A stretch of 64,000 nt of DNA, from assembly GCA_002633005.1 (NCBI GenBank), contig NMRA01000614.1:138974-202973 (forward strand). The letters run 5' to 3'. Positions 50,801-62,151 of the stretch are shown piece after piece. The stretch is from Phoronis australis. Its lineage: Eukaryota; Animalia; Phoronida. The notes under the pieces were generated by a model that did no database searches, was not told where the DNA came from, and saw only the letters and a list, made by a program, of their open reading frames with translations. Both the position numbers and the translations under genes were made by a program. Numbering within the stretch: the first letter of the stretch is position 1; each line of letters starts with the position of its first letter.

Positions 50801-53800
50801 ATAAGCGTCAACAAATGACACGGTGAACAAAGCATAAGTATTATTCACTTTGGGCTTAATGTGCAGTTAATCCCCGACTTAGGCTACAATAAGTGCCCCC
50901 TTAGGCTACAATAAGTGCCCCCAAAACGAATTTTTCTAAGCGCCCTGGGTGCTTATTAGGGCGAATACGGTACACATAAAGTAGACAAGCATTGAATAAA
51001 AAAATTCGATCATTTGATCAAGGAAACATTAAAACAACATTGTCTGGAATGGCTTACCAACTATTTGAAGAAGCGGTTTGACCTCAACATCGCTGAGTCT
51101 CACATGACTCAGCCAACTCCCAACCTGCTTCTGGAGATTGTCTGGCTTGGAAAACGTAAATGTCTGCACAGCTTTATCAATGGATGTTTTCCATTCAAGG
51201 ACAAGGTCAAAAATCTCTCGCTTACTGGTTGATCGATCTCTATCGTCCTTTAAAGTAAGTACAAATCAGAAAAAGATGCTTCATTAAAAACCATACTAAT
51301 GATAAACAACACGAGACAGAGAAAAGTAGCAATACTACCACAAGGTGGCGCCAGCACGCAAGTCCTTAATCACACAGCACTGTAGGGGCATTTTAATGAT
51401 CTAACGGTCAACAAACCCTCACTTTCTGTCAAAACTTTAGGCCACTTGTTATAAGAAAATCAGTCTCATCTTGCTCTTTAGAAATAATTTCAAGTCTTAA
51501 GAAGAACTGTTGGGTTGTTAATTGTTTTGGACAAAGGTCATGCACTTTGCTCGTCGCGGCCGTTAGTTTCAGTCAAAGAAGCAGCATCACCGTCAGGGGA
51601 ATTACAAGAGTTTCATTCTGACAAATTCAAATTCACAGAAACGAGAACACAACAGCATCATGTCAGAAGAGTAAATATGCCTGTGGAGTAATTCTCGATA
51701 CTACGACATAGCTTATAACAGTGGAAAATTATTTGTACAAGCCAAGTCAAGCTCATATTAAGGTCTAGGTGGGCAACACAACAAAGTCTCCACTAACACT
51801 AACAGCCATCTCTGACCTCAAGTATCCTGCAAGTCGCCCATGTAAGTATACAGTCACGTTTACCACTTGCGCCTTTCAGCAGCTCTGCATAGTTATGAGC
51901 GAGCAAGTGGGAAATAGATTTTAGCTTGGATGCCAACCACAAACCACAGATGGCAGTCAAAACAGTAAATGCAGACCGCATGTGCTGGTGACAGGTCAAT
52001 GAAATAAATAAAACGGACTAAAGCTTCAAAACATTTGGACTACATGTAGAGGCATTCAAAACGGAATTATTTATTGTATTTTTCATGTTTAGTTTTTGTT
52101 ATGCCTCCCCCATACAAAGCTAATGAGGCCACACTAATGAGTTTCTGGCAGGAAAATGGTCCTATTTGGCCAACAGTCTCACAGGTCACTGGGCGTTGGC
52201 ATAACAAATCACCAATAGATGCATTGCCACTCCTGATCCAATAACAAATCACCCAATTTTATTGAACATCAGAATAGAACTCAATCAGCAGAATCAGACA
52301 AGCATCTCTTGACATGTGCTAAGGCATAAGAGCTAAAACTGCTGACAAAAAATTCCGAAACCCGCGACTCAATACTGCCTTAAACTAAGGCCCTTTGATG
52401 AATTGATCTTAAGCCGTTGAGAGATCATTTCTGATCTAAGTATGCATAAGCAAACAAGTGGAGGTCAATTTTGCAGCAGCCAGTGGTCTATTTCAAATGT
52501 CTTCCAAATCAAAATTGCTTAAGTTGAGGGGAATGAGCTTTCACTTATAAAATACTAGAGACGTGGATCTTCAAACACTGGCATGAGGAAGAGCAAAAAA
52601 CATAAATCCCATATTAACAGGTTTGTATTGAAGCAAACCTTATACAATGCTGTGATCTTCTCCAATAAGGCTTCTGCATATGAACTACTTGAGACATCTG
52701 GTGATAGAAAATTTAAGACTTTTCCATTCAAGCTCTGACTAGCGTACTGAAGAAGCCTGTGAAAAAATAAGAGCATCAGTAGGCAAAAAGCATAAAACTG
52801 ATTAGAAGGTAACACGGACATTTTGATTCCCCTCCAATTTGAAAGCATTAAACCACCAAAAAAAATTAAAGTGTTCTAAGCATTATCTATTGATAATTAG
52901 TTATCACACTAACGTGTTTTAAAGGTAGCAGCAGTTTTGTAAAACAATAAATTTTCATTAACTGCAGTTAACTGCCAAAAATTCTCTTAAAATTCATTAT
53001 ACCTTTTTGGTATGAAAAAACCATGTCACAAATTTACTGTTTATGGCATGTACCATTTGTATTGTGGCATGCCACAACTAAAAAACATCACATGAAACAT
53101 GTCACATGTGAGAATGCAATGTGCCATAGGTCACATGGAACGTGAGTCTTTAAACGCTAATTGATATTACCCTGTCTGGAAACTCTCAGCAAAATATTTT
53201 TCTAAGTTGCGATACTTACAGACAGGAATTATTCACAACAGGGTTTGACATTTTGCAACCGTTGTCTAGCTTAAGATTATGCTAAGCAGATAATCAAATT
53301 TACAGCTTTCAGTTTACAGGCCGAGCCTCCAAACAGGGAAGTAACCATGCTCAACTGCAGAGGGATATCTATGACGCCAAGAACAATCATGCCGTTGACT
53401 AGCATCTCTACCTGCAAGAATTACAGAAGTCTCTTAGCGTGACATCATCTCTCATTTTGAATTGGCCGGTCTTTTTCTTTCTGCCGAGACCCCCCGCTGC
53501 CTGGCCTCGACATTCTTCTATAAATCCCCGCACACCTGAAACAGTAAGAACAGCGATAGAGCGCAACCCCTCAACTAGGATGGGAGTGCATCAATGTTTA
53601 TTATTAAAGGAAGACTTGCCTTTCGGAAAAAAAAAACAAAACAGTGATGATAAAGTGTTCCTTGAATTTCTATGGATGAGAACAGTCGTTTTTAAAACAA
53701 TTAGCAAAATCCTTCATGCGAACAAAATTTCCAACTACCACCTATTTCCTATAATAGTTTTTACTAAATTTCCTACAGTATCTAATTTCTTTCATAACTT

Positions 53801-56800
53801 TCATCATAACTTTTTGAAATGCAATTAGATGACTTCATCAGCATTTTGTCACATTTAATTCCAGTACATGGAAGCTGCAGATGTCTTGAAAGGACAAATA
53901 GCGTGATGAGAGACAGGAATCCATTTTTCAAACTTTTCTGTGCCTACACATCCAGACTTTATTTATTTATTTATTTTATTTATTTATTATTGTGATATTT
54001 CAAATGAGGGTGGCCTCTTCAGTGATAGCACTGCTTTCCAAGAGGGCCCTGTTGGTCCTTTTAAAGTTGTTCAGTGTCAAGACACCTGTCAGCAGAAGTG
54101 CAGAGTTTATAAGAATTAATTATTACAGTGAGCTGAGTAAAGAATTCCTAAGTGTTGGTTACTTAGCTTTATTCGCACATTATTGTGTGCGAGATAAGAG
54201 ACAAATTACTGTTGAAATATACCATCTCCTACAGGACATTTCAATCTCTTCTAGCCTTGTTTTCCAAATGCTTTATTCAGTAAGTATACACTATGAAAAT
54301 GAAAAATATCAATTAATCTGAATGAAAAAATGATGGGAAACTTTAAATATACCTGGGGGCTCTAGTGTGAAAACAATCAAATCTGTAAAAATGTATGCAT
54401 TCAGGTACTCCAGTGGGACTGTTAACGTATTAACGCACTTACACTTATGAACGTCCTTCTGCTCTCAGCCTGTGCAGGTGTTATAAAAAGGTGCGTTTTT
54501 TATCAGCACCACACTGTTTTAAACGTTCACAGAGAATATCTACTACAGAAATCAGCACACACATGAATTCTAATCGAAGAGACATTTCGCCAATGTTTAG
54601 CGGTCAATGTTGAATTTTTAACCAAAGTGCTTCAGTGCACATTACTATGCTCATTGTATCTTGAATTGTTGCCGAATGAGGCAACACCTGAAGTCACAAG
54701 CAATGCGTACCGGTGCCATTTTCAAATTTGCAGTTTTAGAGTTGATCAACCCCAATAAACATTGAAGCGTTTTCTTGCATCACTGATAATTTCTATATTC
54801 CTATTGGTTATGGAAACAGAACCCTATCACCGTAAGGAATGTTATGAGGGCAATTTTATGAGAGTAAAAGGCCGATTTGATTATTTTCCGTCTTTAGTCA
54901 GTTAAAGAAGGCAAAATGCAACTTTTAAATAATTAATTAGCATACTGCGTATGTCACTGGGGTTGACTGATGACTTTAATCGCTCCCAGGAACTGCACAA
55001 CAGTAACACAGCTGATTCGGGGGTAAACAGCGTTTCCAAAAAGCGAGCCTTGCCTTTACACAAATAATGTGCAAAGTGTGATACCTCTACTGCATACAGC
55101 CAGCCCTGAAAATACAACATACAAAATAGGACACGTGCGTTACGAAAAAGTATCAAAATTTCAGCCTTTATTACAAACACCAAAACAGATCTTTGTTCTA
55201 AAAACAACTAAAGTGCACATTAACATTGTTACTATTAGAGATACCTCCACAGAAACACAACAAGCAAAATATTTTTTTATGAAATGAATCTGACAAAAGC
55301 ATTCAGATCATATTTCTTACAGTAACAGAAGATTTTGGTCTCCCTGAAACAAAAATGACTACGATCACATTTTCGGAGCAAAATGACAACGATCACCTTC
55401 TTTGGAGCAAAACGATTACAACCACAATCTTTAGAGCAAAACGATTACAACCACAATCTTTAGAGCAAAACGATTACAACCACAATCTTTAGAGCAAAAT
55501 GATTACAACCACAATCTTTAGAGCAAAATGATTACAACCACAATCTTTAGAGCAAAATGATTACAACCACAATCTTTAGAGCAAAATGATCACGATCGCA
55601 TTCTTTGGAGAAAATGACGTGGGGAATAGTTGATGGAGCACGTTAAATTATCTCTGAAATTCGGGCCGGAAACAATTTTGTTTTTATTTATTTTATAAAC
55701 TAGACTCAACTTAATGTTCTTACACTCTGTACAGTCAAACGATATTTTGAAAAACATTATGATTCATAACATAATGTTTAGAGGTCTCTTCAAAAATGAA
55801 AAAGCCATTTTCAACAATGAATTTTGCCTGAAATTGGTGAGATTTTATTGTCCTTCCTGAAAATTATGAGGATGCCACCTAAACTAATTATCACTGTCAT
55901 GCATCCTATCCAACTTAACAATTCTTACAAGATCAATGACGCTGTTGGCTTCCTTTTTATGCAGGTCTATGGGGCAGAAATATTCCACGTCAGGGCTTGA
56001 AAAGACCACCACAATCACATTGTGTTTGGCTTGCTGGCCTCGCTCTTCTTGGGTGGCCTGATACCATGGACACGTCACTAACGATGCAAACAACAACATC
56101 TTGCATTTACCTTGAACAAAACATGGGTAAACCTTTTACAGCAGACCACGATAACAAAGTAACAGTTCCCTAGGGATAGTGTATCCTCCTAAATAAGCCA
56201 CTGACAAATAGAATTGGACGGTCCTGGATTATATAGCTACATTTGAATCTCATGTTATTTACTCCCAATGCTGCAACATCTGTCATTTTCGCCTCATTGG
56301 TGTTTTTCATGTTATTTGTTGGTGTCTTGTAATTTTTAAAATTTTTCTCGATTGCATTAACCTTTGACCTTCCAATGCCAGTCAAATGTTACTACTGTCC
56401 TGCGGGCAGCAACTCTGATGGTAGAAAATTTGATAAACTTTAGAAGTATCCATGGATTCAACATTTTCTGACATGACTCGGACAATCAGCCAAACATTTT
56501 CAAAATGAGGATAAACATCTTGCCCTATTAAGTTATGGAGCAAGATTCCCAATTTCTATTGCACTACCTTAAACCCAGTAGCCACTTTTTGAGTGGAGCT
56601 TGTAGACACACCAAAATTTGCTTGCTTCTCTTGAAATGAAACATGAATAACAGTAATAAACCAAACTAAGGCAACAACAAAAAGTATTGAAACCATACAA
56701 CTAATTAAACAAGCTCCATTGCCAAACAAATAATCAAATATTGAAGTTTATCATATTCAGCTACGGTATTTCTGAAAAATTGAGTATGAAAGACTATTAA

Positions 56801-58836
56801 TTACTCTAATATTAGATTGTTTAGCTTGGAATAATTTATAGCTGCATTCCACCCTGTTTAGCAGGCTAAGATACAAAAACTCAATTAGGTCATTTACTTT
56901 CTCATAAAATTGATCTCATAACATTACGAACCGAGATGTGATACTATTTCTGTTATGAAGAAGAACAAGGAAACTATCAGCAACTCAAGAAACCTTTTTC
57001 AGTTTATTGGGGTTGGACAAAACTGCAATTTTGAAAATGGCGCATGTAAACATTGCCTATCACTTGAGTTGGCAATGGAAATGGAATCCTATCACCATAA
57101 GGAATATTACGAGATCGATTTTATGAGAGTAAACGGCCTAATTCGATTTTCATTTTTAGCCACCTAAACAGGGCGAAATGCAGCTTTACAATTCATGACA
57201 ATATCAAGGAACTACTTTCACTCGTACTGAAATGTAGGGCACTTCATACAAAGCGGATTTTTTTGTCAAAATTAATAGATGTCTCCTAAATTAAGTACAA
57301 TCAAATAATGATTGTGATCACTCAACAAGAGGCGTTACTGTCACATCTGGTTTTAATTTGTGAGTTAACAACAGTTGAATTTCCTGAACACAAAGTTCAC
57401 CAGTTGGAAACCCTGGATAACACAAAGATACCTTTAAAGCAGTTTTCGAGGAGTGTTCTAAACTCTTGTTTGACATCATCATTAAGACTGCTAGGTACAT
57501 GCATCAAAGTCAACTGACGTAGCTTCAGTAGCAAGTCCTCGCTGAAAGTAAAGTCAGTCCACTGTACAGTGCTGCCCTCTAGTTGACTTTTTATGCCTCT
57601 CACTGAATCCAGACATGCCAGCGCTTGGTCGACAACTGAAACTGACACAAGATGATGATGAGAAGGTGGTATGTTTGAAGTTCTAAACGCCATTTTGTTG
57701 CTAGACAAAAAATCATGGTGAATATTCAGAAAACAATCCACGATAACAGGGCACGGAAATGACTACCACAACCTACCATAAAAGAGACACACAGACCAAA
57801 GTCCCTGATCAGTATACCAAGACTCTGTGATTAAAATCATGCTACTGCACTAGATTGCAACCCTTTAACTCTGCCACTTGAGAGGGGTGCGTTTGCAATT
57901 AATCTTGAAAAGTTTCATCGGTTCTGTGAACTGAGTTTTCATGGCAAGGGTGCAGATGCAAGTTTTTCCTGGATTTCTGATGGGGCTCCCACTAGTAAAA
58001 AAGCTCCAAAGGTCCCAATAATGTACGAGAAAGCCCCCATAAGGACTATTTCAGAATCACTTTGTATTTTTGGTTTGTGTGGAAAGTGAAGATGTCAATA
58101 TTTGCTCAACTTCTGATCTCTGAAATGACTGTAGAAATATTTCAAATTGATCACTTGTCAACAAAAGCACCGCCAGACTTCTCTTACACTGACCAAGCTG
58201 CAACCTGAAACCTTCCTTCTACAGCATTACTTAAAACACCATGGCTGTGACAAGACACATTTTTAAATGGCAACACCAATCACTTAATATATTTCTCACT
58301 TGTCAAAACCCTTAGTCTAAGTTTACAACTCCAACAACATAAAACACAAAGCAGTAAATCCTAAAGTAATTTATCTAAATGAACTACAGAAATACTGGAA
58401 ACCGTGGGAGTCTATCTTTGCTGACTAAGTCATCGATTCACTGATACAGTGTACATATATAAATTACACACTTAAAATTAATCTGAGTGGGGCCTGCACT
58501 GGGTGACCAACGTGTATAACATGTGTATCATATAAAATTAAGCACCTCAACACTATCGTCAAATTTTTGTTATGTAATATTTGAATGTCATTGCCATAAC
58601 ATTATTGTTAGCTATTTGTAATTTTATGTTTGAATAAAAAAAGAAATAAAACACAAAACAGCAGTATTCTTATATATCCCCTGGAAGACAATGCTTCCAA
58701 CTTTTCTCTAAATTTCACCTCCCGTTAACAAGGGCAGAGGGCACTCTTGCTTTTTCTTTGCCTTGAGAGCATTAGCCAGTCTTTCCTGTGATTGTATGGC
58801 ATCTGTCACTAACTTCAACAGCTGCACTGTAGACAT
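44659..58836 (-). CDS. ~680-aa protein with two tandem RlaP/YcgL-like Pol-beta nucleotidyltransferase domains (first degenerate, second intact); 14 coding exons
   Basis: Exons (-): 58836-~58720 (donor ambiguous), 58204-58061, 57700-57432, 56110-55929, 55105-54946, 53535-53412, 52756-52639, 51247-51058, 49993-49821, 49230-49096, 48025-47981, 46842-46705, 45805-45692, 44826-44659. Exons 2-14 are GT-AG and phase consistent. Motifs AGSFLYNLSTPESDVDY, YEARLFCEMLWKGSVVILELLF, LTSWIMDVRG. Confidence 0.85.
45692..45805 (-). CDS. Nucleotidyltransferase gene exon
   Basis: caacag|ATATTC ... GAG|gtaaca; IFHKLYSLGYMLNRKAPPVRCTESEREFIMKIRKAPLE. Confidence 0.85.
46705..46842 (-). CDS. Nucleotidyltransferase gene exon
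   Basis: ttttag|GCATTG ... CAG|gtaagt; ALADRKSEFVTETAIRQYLGLIKNN...RKLFYQ. Confidence 0.88.
47766..47859. mobile_element. GC-rich MITE with 5-bp TSD AACAA
   Basis: aacaa|CATGGGTAGCGCA ... TGCACTGCCCATG|aacaa. Confidence 0.8.
47981..48025 (-). CDS. Nucleotidyltransferase gene 45-nt exon
   Basis: tttcag|CTTTTG ... CAG|gtacgt; LLFADNLEYTSKAWQ completes the ILE-LLF motif. Confidence 0.85.
48610..48810. repeat. 17-bp minisatellite, ~12 near-perfect copies
   Basis: (GGACATTTTGCAATGTA)n. Confidence 0.97.
49096..49230 (-). CDS. Nucleotidyltransferase gene exon
   Basis: tttcag|GTGGCG ... GAG|gtaaag; VAYSSSQRLPECFESRGPTKSFEYGAYEARLFCEMLWKGSVVILE. Confidence 0.9.
49425..49548 (-). mobile_element. 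THAP-domain transposon relic in an intron
   Basis: MGCNSDVKKFDKVDKYPWMHDLIFFTF, closely similar in DNA and protein to 1-98. Confidence 0.6.
49821..49993 (-). CDS. Nucleotidyltransferase gene exon with the catalytic motif
   Basis: ttcaag|ACGCCC ... ATG|gtgagt; ILMVAQAGSFLYNLSTPESDVDYVVIY fits the hG[GS]x9-13DhD Pol-beta signature. Confidence 0.92.
51058..51247 (-). CDS. Nucleotidyltransferase gene exon (end of domain 1)
   Basis: ttaaag|GACGAT ... GTTG|gtaagc; KPDNLQKQVGSWLSHVR parallels VDPHILTSWIMDVR of domain 2. Confidence 0.85.
52639..52756 (-). CDS. Nucleotidyltransferase gene exon
   Basis: tcacag|GCTTCT ... AAG|gtttgc; RLLQYASQSLNGK...EKITALYK. Confidence 0.82.
53412..53535 (-). CDS. 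Nucleotidyltransferase gene exon
   Basis: tttcag|GTGTGC ... TGCAG|gtagag; VRGFIEECRGQAAGGLGRKKK...DFCNSC. Confidence 0.82.
54946..55105 (-). CDS. Nucleotidyltransferase gene exon (domain 1)
   Basis: tttcag|GGCTGG ... CGCA|gtatgc; GWLYAVEVSHFAHYLCKGKARFLETLFTP parallels AYEARLFCEMLWKGSVVILELLFA. Confidence 0.87.
55346..55615. repeat. 29-bp minisatellite, ~6 conserved copies plus degenerate flanking copies
   Basis: (AGAGCAAAA[C/T]GATTACAACCACAATCTTT)n. Confidence 0.95.
55929..56110 (-). CDS. Nucleotidyltransferase gene exon (start of degenerate domain 1)
   Basis: ttcaag|GTAAAT ... CTT|gtaaga; KCKMLLFASLVTCPWY...NVIVVVFSSPDVEYF. Confidence 0.82.
56368..56470 (+). mobile_element. THAP-domain transposon relic in an intron
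   Basis: CCTTCCA-ATG, then MPVKCYYCPAGSNSDGRKFDKL*KYPWIQHF; shares CCTTCCAATGCCA with the copy at 1-105. Confidence 0.55.
56836..57192. mobile_element. Palindromic MITE with ~90-bp imperfect TIRs; related copy at ~54700-54930
   Basis: AGCTGCATTCCACCCTGTTTAG..CTCATAAAATTGATCTC pairs with GAGATCGATTTTATGAG..CTAAACAGGGCGAAATGCAGCT. Confidence 0.65.
57432..57700 (-). CDS. Nucleotidyltransferase gene N-terminal-region exon
   Basis: gtctag|CAACAA ... AAAG|gtatct; phase 2 to 1, fits both neighbours. Confidence 0.72.
58061..58204 (-). CDS. Nucleotidyltransferase gene N-terminal-region exon
   Basis: tttcag|GTTGCA ... AA|gtgatt; LQLGQCKRSLAVLLLTSDQFEIFLQSF... Confidence 0.6.
58719..58836 (-). CDS. 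Probable first coding exon of the nucleotidyltransferase gene (donor uncertain)
   Basis: ttttag acceptor, then AGGATGTCT; MSTVQLLKLVTDAIQSQERLANALKAKKKQ. The best-looking donor (58718) is phase 1 but the next exon needs phase 2, so an earlier donor is likely. Confidence 0.55.
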
Positions 58837-59474
58837 CCTTATTTAACTAAAACAAAGAAAATTATGCGAAGGTCAAGTAATAGTTTCTTGCATATTCTTG
58901 GTAGGAAAAAAAATTACTTCCAAGCCAACGCAGTGCCTTAACCATACCCTTTGTAATCTCAAACTTTGTGAAACATATCAGTAAATTTTGAAGGCCCATA
59001 AGTCAGAAGGTTCAAAAGTTCGAAGGTTAAACATTTGTTTTGGCTTTACCTTCCATGACAGTGATGTCATAGGATGTTAAAGAGCTGAAAATGGTGACAC
59101 AGAATCTTCCTTTCACCTTGATAAAAAAACAGTGCTCCATTATGCTGAACATCTTTTCATTGAATTTCATTGCACAATAACTTACTATGATTAGAGCATG
59201 TTTGCATCTAGCCAGATAGAACTCATTATATTTGGATTAAATACATGAAAATAGATGACAGACATTTAAGTGATGAAAACAAACTTTCTTGGTGCACAGA
59301 ATTGACAAATATTCTTGGAACTATGATCCATACTAATTTGTCTAGTACAATGGCATGCCTTATTTGCAGCGACTCAAAAAAAAGAAGTTTCCAAATATTA
59401 TGAACTTGAAAGTTTTAGAGCAATTTAATGAAACTTAAATAATGGTCAATGCGAATTATTTGACACCCATGATT

Positions 59475-59710
59475 CAGAGGCGGATCTACAGGGGGGTTCG
59501 GGGGGTTCAAACCCCCCTCCTTGGGACAGGATCAAAAATAAAAATTGAAAAAAATTTCGCCAGAAAAACAAAATCAGCTACTAAAAACCACAAAAAGTCT
59601 TACACTGGAGGAGGGAAACCCTCTTCAGACCTTCCTTCCCCTCGGTGCTACGCGCCTCAGATTCACTCGAATCCTAAACCCCCCTTGCTGAAAACGTAGA
59701 TCTGCCACTG
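59475..59710. mobile_element. GC-rich MITE with 5-bp TSD TGATT
   Basis: tgatt|CAGAGGCGGATCTAC ... GTAGATCTGCCACTG|tgatt. Confidence 0.85.
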
Positions 59711-60358
59711 TGATTTATCTTTTTGAGTTGACTAATTCTCTTAATATTTGTTGATCGCGGGTGTGATGTGATGTCTGTGTGCATGCATGCACCTACATAC
59801 ATGATTGTTGCTCTTTTTATACTCTAAAATAGTAAATATTCAATAGATTTCTTACAAGAAAAACAAACGTTTCTGTGATAAATGAGAGGTTTGAAAAACA
59901 TGCATTATGCTATGTGCACGATCTGTGTCTTTTCAATGCCTATTCAGTCATGTTGAGGCACTGGCATTTGTTGCTATTTGGGCACAGCCGGGGATACATA
60001 CTACGTCCCCCTACTCCAGACCCAAGGGCAGCACATGCCCCTTCGTATTTTCTTTGGAAAAGGAATATCTTTCATTCGTCATGGGAACACTTTTCCCTAA
60101 GGAATTCAGCAACATACTTTTATTTGTTATAAAGCTGAATGGTGGTGCACGAAAATAATATACCATTTTTAGGTCATTTTTCACTTACATGACTGTAACA
60201 GGCAAGGTTAGTGTCTCAAACTGTCGCATTTTACAAAGAGGAAGCAAGCCTATGAGATACGCAGATAAAGACAATGAAAGACAACATGCACATACCATAG
60301 GGCCTACGTAAGTAGCTCATTACTATAACTGATTTTGTGTATCCTTTTTGAAACTAAC

Positions 60359-60634
60359 CTAGCTGCTTTAACAGAAGGAGTACAACTTTTTACTCTAAAA
60401 TTTGTAACTTTCAACTCTTTTTTGAAGTCATGACACTTATGGTTGCTTTGATTTTGGATGTTTTAGCACAGTCACATATGTATGGAAAAGTTGCATCCGG
60501 CAGAGCAATGCATGATAAACTGAGTAGTTGTTTTTTTGTGTACCATGGATAAGGTGAACGTAACTTGTCCAGCGAATTACCATTTACAAGTGCGGGATGT
60601 TTTGCATGCAGCCTGTCCGGTCGATACCTCATAC
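60359..60634 (-). other. Candidate 5'-UTR exon of the nucleotidyltransferase gene containing a 73-aa uORF
   Basis: taacag|GTATGAGG ... CTAG|gttagt; a further upstream donor TTTG|gtgagg lies at ~60999. Confidence 0.35.
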
Positions 60635-61229
60635 CTGTTATACAATGGAGAATAACACAAAACTTTTAGCAAACATGTTGATACACATTTAAACTAAGGG
60701 AGGGTGACATGCTGACTGCAGAGCTAATCAGGTGGTGTGAAATTGTGAGGTAGACATAAAATTTACAAACATTGCACCCTATCTGTATACTGACTTTAGT
60801 CTCCATGCAACTAGTGTTGGCTGGCTAAGACCAGTCTTGGACTGAGTGCCTAAACCCTAACTTAGTCTGACTAAGAACAAGTCATGGATCAAGGCAGGTC
60901 GGAAAAACTGAAATGATATCAGAGTTCCCGTCTACTCTGTAGTTAGCCGTCGTTTTGTAAACATCTTAGCCTCAATCATATGTTGCTTGCCAACCTCACC
61001 AAATAAAACATCGATGACTCAGTTAACTGGTTAACTCCGGTCTCTTGCTGTACACTCGTGACAGGCAACGACTTCGTGCAAACTGCCAAAACAATGAAAA
61101 GCGACACCTATTGCTAGAACTTCTTGATGTCTTCAAATGGTTTCATTCGCTAAGTAGCCTGCTGAACTTTACAAGCAACTGTGTGATGTCAACTATTATT
61201 AATAAATATTCAGATATGCAGCTGATCGG

Positions 61230-61340
61230 TTAATATGTAATGTTTTAAACGCTCCGCTAAAACGTCGAAAGTTTTTTACAGCCACTACTGTTAATCAGCG
61301 CATGCGTGACTATCTATTTCCTGTAGAATCTCGATCACGG
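61230..61340. promoter_or_regulatory. Putative bidirectional promoter with an NRF1-like site
   Basis: CpG-richer zone between a - strand first exon (donor ~60999) and a + strand exon; GCGCATGCGT at 61298-61307. Confidence 0.4.
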
Positions 61341-61544
61341 AAGCAAAGTCGTCTTCGTTATGAAACGAGCTAATTTCTTTAATTAGTTTGTTACCCATGT
61401 GTCACCATGTGAGCTTTCAATTGATTTTCTGGACGTCAGTGAAGATTGTGGTCGCTGAAAATGTGCTTTGCGAAGAGCTGTACACCTCTTTTGCAACCTG
61501 AATTGACTTGAAGTTCCCGAAAGTCATAAATCGGCATCGACAAG

Positions 61545-61652
61545 ATGTTTTCAACATCAAGTCAAATAACTGCCGAACCATCTAGTTACGATTTCGAATC
61601 GGCCGAGAACGCTGGAAAATGGAAAGACATATTCATAAATGCTCTTCAGCAG
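61545..61652 (+). CDS. Candidate first coding exon of a divergent gene, product unknown
   Basis: AAGATGT start; MFSTSSQITAEPSSYDFESAENAGKWKDIFINALQQ, then CAG|gtatac and T-rich intron-like sequence. Confidence 0.45.
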
Positions 61653-62151
61653 GTATACCTTCTTACTTCCAATTTCTTATGCCAACGTCTTAGCATTGCA
61701 CTGTCTATTGGGTTTCATTGATTCACAATTTCTTGCTTATTTTAGTTATTGTTCATTGTGAAAGTATTATGAATTAATTGATAACCATTTGACTTCACTT
61801 TAAGAAAGCGATGACAGCATGACATGAATATTTAACTTAGAATGTCTTCACGTTTGCTTGTGTCATGACTCTCCTTGCCCTGTCATGAGGACATTACTCT
61901 GTGGTATTTTAACCTGGCTTTGTTCAAGTTATTGAGTTTTGGGATTGGAATCTGTGGTATGCGTATTCAAGCTATTCAGGAAAGTTGGATTATGAATAAG
62001 CAATAGAGTGTACAAATGTTACATATTTGAAGTTTGGTAGTTGGTTTTTGGCCTAGTTGACCTGAAGTTTTGGATGTGTGTAGCTGTAACTTGTTTTTTG
62101 TCAGTCATTATTTAATGGAATTGAAATAATGTGAGAGTTGTTTGCTTCATG

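Noticed and set aside
51338-51352. CTCF-like motif CCACAAGGTGGCGC
   Set aside because: A single intronic match that could arise by chance; whether this organism has CTCF is unknown.
55346-55615. 29-bp repeats (and the 38-bp repeats at ~2 kb) as a CRISPR array
   Set aside because: Units are head to tail with no unique spacers, there are no cas genes and the context is eukaryotic.
56567-56629. Extra small exon of the nucleotidyltransferase gene
   Set aside because: Exons ending at 57432 and starting at 56110 already join in phase, and this segment fits neither junction cleanly.
57424-57431. U12-type intron (donor GTATCTTT)
   Set aside because: Imperfect match to GTATCCTT and no TCCTTAAC-like branch point near the acceptor.
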